Shown piece after piece: positions 57,461-64,000 of a stretch of 64,000 nt of DNA; positions within the stretch are counted from its first letter, which is position 1, and each line of letters starts with the position of its first letter. The stretch comes from the human T2T-CHM13v2.0 reference genome, Homo sapiens. Position numbers and translations under genes: made by a program. The stretch lies in NCBI RefSeq assembly GCF_009914755.1, contig NC_060933.1; one strand, 5' to 3'. The notes under the pieces are model-generated. The model had not been told where the DNA came from, made no database searches, and saw only the letters and a program-made list of their open reading frames with translations.

Positions 57461-57974
57461 AACAAAGAGCTTCCCATCAAACCAAGAAAAGGCAAGATGA
57501 TTTAGGTGGCCCCCATGGGAGGCCAGGGTAGGAGGGGATGATCCTACAGGCTGGCACTGCCACAGGGAGAGCATGAGAGGATGCTAGGCCGGGACAGGAA
57601 TGCAGGAAGTGCTTCAGGACAGGATTACAGCACACTAGCAAGAACGGCCCTGCTGGCTCATGTGTTGTTGGTACTCTGTGTGCCTGTGCCTGTGCCTGCC
57701 CCACAATGAACGTTTCGGGCATTCTCCCCTTCTTACCCCCTTCCCAAATCTCAAATAAAAGAGGGAAAGAGTACAGCTCAGGGTGTACAGAAGTGTTCTG
57801 GCTTGATCCCATAATCACACAAAGCAAGCCCCACCTTGGATCTTTTACCATCTCTCCTTTGAAAACCATCAGAAAGCTCATCCCACCCTTACCTTGCTTA
57901 TAAAGCACTTTTATCCTTTCAACAATCATCATCTCTTCCCTGGGCCAGGCACTAGGAATACCAAAAACAACACC

Positions 57975-58200
57975 AACAATAACAGTAAACATTTATAGGG
58001 TTCTTCCTGTGTGCCAGGAGCTCTGCTAAGGACTTTATGTGCATTTTCTTACTTAATCCTAACAACAACCTTGTGAATAGATGCTGTGGTTATTTCCATT
58101 TTACAGATGAGGAAACTGAGGCTCAGACTAATTCATCCAAAGTCACGCACAGTTGGTGATGGGGCTAGGATCTGAAATCAGAATCCAAGTGCAGAACTAC
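57975..58200 (-). mobile_element. MIRb-like SINE
   Basis: CCATTTTACAGATGAGGAAACTGAGGCTCAGA. Confidence 0.85.
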
Positions 58201-58264
58201 AGTGACTTTCAAAGAACTAACTCAGAGGCCAGTAAAATGGGAAGACACAAGAATACATGTTATA

Positions 58265-58576
58265 GGCCAGGCACGGTGGCTCATGCCTGTAACCTCAGCA
58301 TTTTGGGTAGTCAAGGTGACTGAATTGCTTGAGCTCAAGAGTTGCAGACCAGCCTGGGAAACATGGAAAAACCCCATCTCTATAAAACAAAATACAAAAA
58401 TTAGCTGGGTGTGGTGGCTTGTGCCTGTTGTCCCAGCTATGCTGGGGGGCTGAGGCAGGATCACTTGAGCCCGGGGGAGGTCAAGGCTGCAGTGAGCTGA
58501 GATCATGCCACCACACTCCAGCATGGGCAACAGAATGAAACTGTGTCTCAAAAAAAAAAGAAAAAGAAAAAGAAAA
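58265..58576 (+). mobile_element. AluJ-like SINE
   Basis: Full dimer; TSD AAGAAT(AC/GT)ATGTTAT. Confidence 0.96.
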
Positions 58577-59634
58577 AAGAATGTATGTTATGATCCAGTG
58601 TGATGAGCACTGGGTCTATGAAAACAGTGTCTGAGTTGAGTTGAAGAGAACAAAAAAAGGGAGAACTAATCCTGTGAAAAGTACTTAGTTTATGCCAAGT
58701 GCTGAACAAGTGATGTTAGTTATCTCATCTAATTTTTCCTTTGACCCTGTGGAGAAGGGATTGATGGTCCCTATTTTACAGATGAGCAACTTGAAGCTAG
58801 AAGGGATAGAATCATTGATTTAAATTATCAATCCAATAATTAGGGGGCTTGTAGGTGAATCTCTTCTGATAATCTCAGGTTGAGGTAGAAGGGCATTTCA
58901 GCAGAGGGATTTAAACTTGCAGTGACCAGAGATAAGGGTGGGCAGGGCAGAGCCAGGGGATGGGAGAGGAGATCATTGGGGGATGCAAGAAGGGGTAAGA
59001 TTTTGGAGAATGTTATAAACCACACTAAGAAACGGGAACCTTACTCTGAAGGCAAAAGATAATTATGAAGGGCTTTAGGATCCTTTCTCTGACTACAGAG
59101 TGGAAAGTGAACCAGAGAGGTAATAGGGGAAGAATGAATGGAGACAGGGAGACTAGTTAAGAAAACATTTACAATAACCCAGAAGAGCAATGATGAGGAC
59201 AGGGGCTCAGGCTAAGGGGCAGTGAGCCCAGAGACGACAGGACAAGTGTCAGAGATACTGTGTTGAATTCCATTTGATTGACTGAAAAATTGAGTCTCAG
59301 GAAACTAAGTCCCCATCATTGTTAAAACTAGGACCCAAACTCTGTTTTTCTGATTCTGAGGATCCTTTCTGGAACTACTCACGTCCTTTTTTCTAGAATT
59401 CTCTCTCTCACTCACTCCTGTAACAATGTGAATATCTACCACGGGCTACACCTCCTGACAAATGTTCTAAGAACATTTTTAATTCTTATAATAATCACTA
59501 GATATTATGAGAATTATAATCCTCATTTTGAAATTATGAAATCAGAATTCCAGAAATGCAAAAAAAAAATGTGTCTACAACCATGTAAATAGGAAGTAGC
59601 AGAGTCAGGATTTGAACCCAGGCCGTCTGGCTCC

Positions 59635-59636
<2 letters not shown>

Positions 59637-59683
<47 letters not shown>
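59637..59683. repeat. (TG)n microsatellite at the end of a MIR (~59420-59636, -)
   Basis: ~23 TG units; AGAGTCAGGATTTGAACCCAGG MIR motif upstream. Confidence 0.97.
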
Positions 59684-59685
<2 letters not shown>

Positions 59686-60139
59686 CTACTGTACAGTACC
59701 AATCCCTGAAACAACACCATTGTTTTTCCCCCAAACTCTACCTGTCCGACTCCACTTTATTTTAAAAAGCTGCGTTTTTCAAATGGAAAAAAAAAATACC
59801 AACTGAGGAAACCTAATATGTAATACATTCTTGGATAAAGTTATTATTGTCCACAGAATTACAGAAGGCTCTGAGCAGCAGAAAAGCAGCCTGGAAATTT
59901 CATGCTTTAAAAACTTCCAAATATTTTTGTATTATTATTTACTTATTTTCTTAGGAAGTAAATTCCGCACTTAGAGGAAGAGGGGTGGGCAAGAAGTGTC
60001 CACATTCACAGGTATTTGTTCTCAAGAAGTGAGGCACCTGTGATTCTCAAAATAGTAGAGTCGAAAGGAAAAAAAAAAGGTAAGGCACCTGGAAAAACCA
60101 CAGCCTCCAAGTATTGATTTGCTACTGTGGGATGACTAC

Positions 60140-60370
60140 ACCCACTAACTCATTTAGGTGTCTCAACATTTGTAGGAGGGTGGTACTTATATCTCTATTT
60201 TACAAATGGGGCAATCAATGCCTGGAAAGGTGAAGTGACTTGCCCAGTGTCATCCAGATGAAAATGCAGGAAGATACGATCCAAACACAGGATCTGTCTG
60301 GAAGATGTGATTCAAACACTGGATCTGTCTGTCATAAAGTGTTTTCTGTTTCTGCTGCAATCTACCACAA
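60140..60370 (-). mobile_element. MIR with internal 31-bp tandem duplication (60269-60330)
   Basis: GGAAGAT(AC/GT)GAT(C/T)CAAACAC(A/T)GGATCTGTCT x2. Confidence 0.8.
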
Positions 60371-60614
60371 CCTCCTTGATGGTTAGCCTAGCTCATATCT
60401 TGCTTTCTCATGACCGATGTTATGAGAAGGTAACGGATACAACCATTATCAGGGTATAATGTGAGAAGCAGAGCAAACACCACCCCTCCGAAGCCTACAA
60501 CATTTTCTCTTACCATCTTGCTGTCAGAAATTCCACTGTGAGAAAGTCATCTTTATGAAAGAGTGAAAGGAACATTATACTTAGTGTCTGGCCCTAAGGG
60601 CTAACCCTTGCTCC

Positions 60615-61135
<521 letters not shown>

Positions 61136-63129
61136 AGTCACATTATCTTTAAAGTAAGAAAGTTAGAAGATAACTAGAGGCCCTTCGTTGTTTCACATTT
61201 TGGGACATTAGCAGCTCAGAGGAAATACACTGGATTAGTTCTCAGAGCAAAGGTGAACATATACAGAGCAGAAGAGGCAGAGGTATGGGGCAGGGGAGAG
61301 GAAACAGGAAGACTTGAAATAAGGAGTAGGTCTCTAATAGAGGGGCAAGAGGTAGCCCAAGGTGACAGCTCTGCCCCCTTGTCCACAACCTTGCTGACAA
61401 GATTCATCCCACATCAAGGACCCATGGCCCTGGGAGAACATTGATCAGGGGTTATTAGAATCTGGGGTGAGAAAAGGGGAGCAGAAGACAGCCAGCAAAA
61501 AATCTTCCAGTTACTCTGAATACCCTGTGACACCAGGCTGTGTTCTAAACCTGTGCTTTGCTGCAGGGCTGCTAAGCTGGTGGCAAGGGATGGCCAGCCA
61601 TAATTGCAGAACCAGCCTAGTCTTCCCGCTCTCTTTTTCTGGCTGCCATTTTCACATGAAAACCATAAAAGATCCCAGAAGTGGGAGGTGCACTTAATGG
61701 GTTTTTTTGGCACCAAGAAATTAATCTTTTTTAAACCAAAGGGATTTTTTTTTCTTTCCTAAAGATCTTTGGCAAACAGAAGCTAAATTGCTTCCAGACC
61801 TCATGAAAGGTATTTTGTGCAAACGAGGTGTGATTTACACTTCCTTTAATTAGTCTGAACCCTGGAAAAAGAGAGAAATAATAGAAAACAAGAGCTATGT
61901 AGAAAACAAGTCCAAACAGCCCTAAAATAACAGTTTTGTGAAAGCATCAGTTGAGGGTGTTAGAAGGAGACCAACAACAAAAAAAATCCTTCTAATTCTG
62001 GGAGTGGAGCAATTACAAGTGAATTGAAGTTTTGTTGGACTCTTTTCCCTGGGGATGGGGGTGGGGAGAAAGTTTGGCAGAAATGAGCCTTAGTGTTCTC
62101 AGAGTGAGTTTCAAGTTCTGGTTGACCTTCCTGCCGTTAACCTTCAGTCTTTTCTGAGGGCATTTGGGGTCTAGGAAGCCAGAGAGTCAGGGAAACAAAA
62201 AGACAGTGCTGCTTGCTATCATGGATATTTTGCCATCAAGCTTGTCTCAGCTGGATGGCAACATGGCATTTTGGAAGGGGAGTGGCCTCTGGAATCACAG
62301 ACCTGGGTTCAAATTTTGGCTCTGCCATTTACCACCACCATGACCTGGAAACTTACATCTCCAATCAGTTGACCACTACCTTACTTCTTTAAGGCTTCTT
62401 TCCCTGGTTACCTGGTGCCCCAGTTCCCGTAGTCATTCTATCATGTTGCTCCTGCATTGTCCTCAGTTTCAAGCCCACTTCTCCTTTTGGTCAGTTGGCT
62501 TTATCAAGATAATATATAGACATGCATTGTTTCACCTTTAACCCGACAACCCCCCAAATTCTATTGCCCAGACGGATATTCTTCCTTAGTTCTGGTCCTC
62601 ATATCCAATTGTCTTGCCACTTTGCACTGACATATTGCATGATCTGAGCTAATCTTGCCTCATCTCTATGCAAAATGGGAAAGTTGAGTGAGATGGTCTC
62701 TGAGCATATCCTTGCTCTGACCCTTTGTGGCAACTCCACTGTGATCATTTTTCTTCATTCATTCATCTCTTCTTAATTAGTTCACTTATAGTCTACCACA
62801 ATCTCTGGACCCATCCACACAGCCTAGGTCTAAGAGCCCTTGTAGGAGTTTAAGTTTATTCAGACAATACTGGACACAGCAAGAACGGCTGCAGGGGTGA
62901 ATCTTATCTTTAACTTTAACTAATCCCATCCTTTCTGACTATTCTTTCCCCAGGGAGGTGGAAGGGGAGAAAAAGAAACAAAAAACTACCTTTTGGGCAA
63001 AAGGAATGGAATGGCCAAGGCTACATTATATACAAGCCAAAAGAACAATTTCCATTGACCTTGAGGAATGTGTAAGGGCAAAGTCATAAGCCGAGTTTAA
63101 TTGATAATTTCACTGTCCATATGTGAAGA

Positions 63130-63590
63130 AAGAGCAATGAACCACAAGACTTGGGCTCAAGGCCCAGCTCTGCCTCTAACATGCTGCAGGACCTAGGATC
63201 AGTCCTTTCCTGTCTCCAGGACTCAATTTTCTTGCTATACAATGAAGGGATTGTACGGAGTGATTTACATGGACTAGCAGCTCTAAGGTTTGTAAGACTG
63301 TATTATAAACTTTGAAGAGAATGAGGGAAGGGTCCAAGGATTCTCCTTTGCAGCTTTCCTAGAAAACCATGTATCTTCCCCATGAAAGGAAGAATACAAA
63401 TAATGATGGTCAAATTTACTGAATGCCTATTATGTGCCACATACTAATGTCCATAGTTAAGAGTCAAACTAAGACCCAAAGCCAAAAGAAAGTATTGTAC
63501 CCAAGGCCACATAACTAGTAAGTGATGTAACTGAGACTTCAGATATCAAACTAACTCCAAGCCTGTGCTGAACACCGTTCTCTTCATCTA
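63130..63590. mobile_element. MIR fragments (+ 63130-63300; - 63400-63590)
   Basis: GGCTCAAGGCCCAGCTCTGCCTCTAAC; CCCAAGGCCACATAACTAGTAAGTGA. Confidence 0.7.
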
Positions 63591-63929
63591 CCCAGCCACT
63601 TTTTGTTGTTATTGTACCTTTGTTTGTTTATTCTTCCATTCACTCATGCTACCAATGTTCCCTAAGTACTTTCTCTGTGCACGAAACTGTGTAAACACCA
63701 GTAAGCATGAGAAAAGATCTATCAGGAAGTTCACAGTTGAGCAAAAGAAACAAGAAACCGTGATCAGGAGGTTTAGAAAAGTTATCTTTCTTTCCAAAGC
63801 ACCATTCTGATTATGTTTATGATCCTCAAAAGGCTTCAAAGGTTCCCCTTTTCCTACAGGATAAAGTCCAAGTAGCTTAGCCTGTTTTCTTATCCCTCTG
63901 AGATCTGGTCCCTGTCTTGTCTCCTCTCG

Positions 63930-64000
63930 ACATCATTCATTCAACATTTGTTAAGTGCTGACTATGTGCCAGACACTGTACCAGAGTCTTGGAATGCAAT
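63930..64000 (-). mobile_element. L2 3' tail, continues past the window edge
   Basis: CATTCATTCAACATTTGTTAAGTGCTGACTATGTGCCAGACACTGT. Confidence 0.8.

Noticed and set aside
57477-57992. 171-aa minus-strand ORF
   Set aside because: No recognisable family or motif; starts within a MIR tail.

Overview
Primate (human-like) genomic DNA with no recognisable protein-coding gene, rRNA, tRNA or CRISPR array. Every ORF with recognisable homology is a broken LINE-1 ORF1/ORF2 piece or an Alu/MaLR/microsatellite read-through. 1-18.3 kb is a retroelement stack: an L1PB-type element (+, entering from the left edge), an orphan LTR-less THE1-internal fragment, an L2>L1MA>THE1 triple nest (complete 2.3-kb THE1D-like MaLR with GTATA TSDs), and a near full-length L1PA4/5-type element (-). 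That L1 lacks exactly the GT..AG segment of its 5'UTR, so it looks like a retrocopy of a spliced L1 RNA. 18.3-64 kb is MIR/L2/Alu/MER-rich non-coding DNA with unique islands. These islands hold a chain of well-formed + strand splice signals (candidate multi-exon lncRNA, including a 54-nt exon abutting a ~650-nt UG-rich tract), a cluster of AP-1 sites, a consensus ARE/NRF2 site, a strong CTCF motif, G-quadruplex motifs and small perfect palindromes. I see no evidence of a novel protein-coding system. The best candidates for new biology are the spliced L1 retrocopy, its antisense promoter facing the + strand exon chain, and the UG-flanked micro-exon. Repeat subfamily names come from my recollection of consensus sequences; boundaries of old repeats are approximate (tens of bp).
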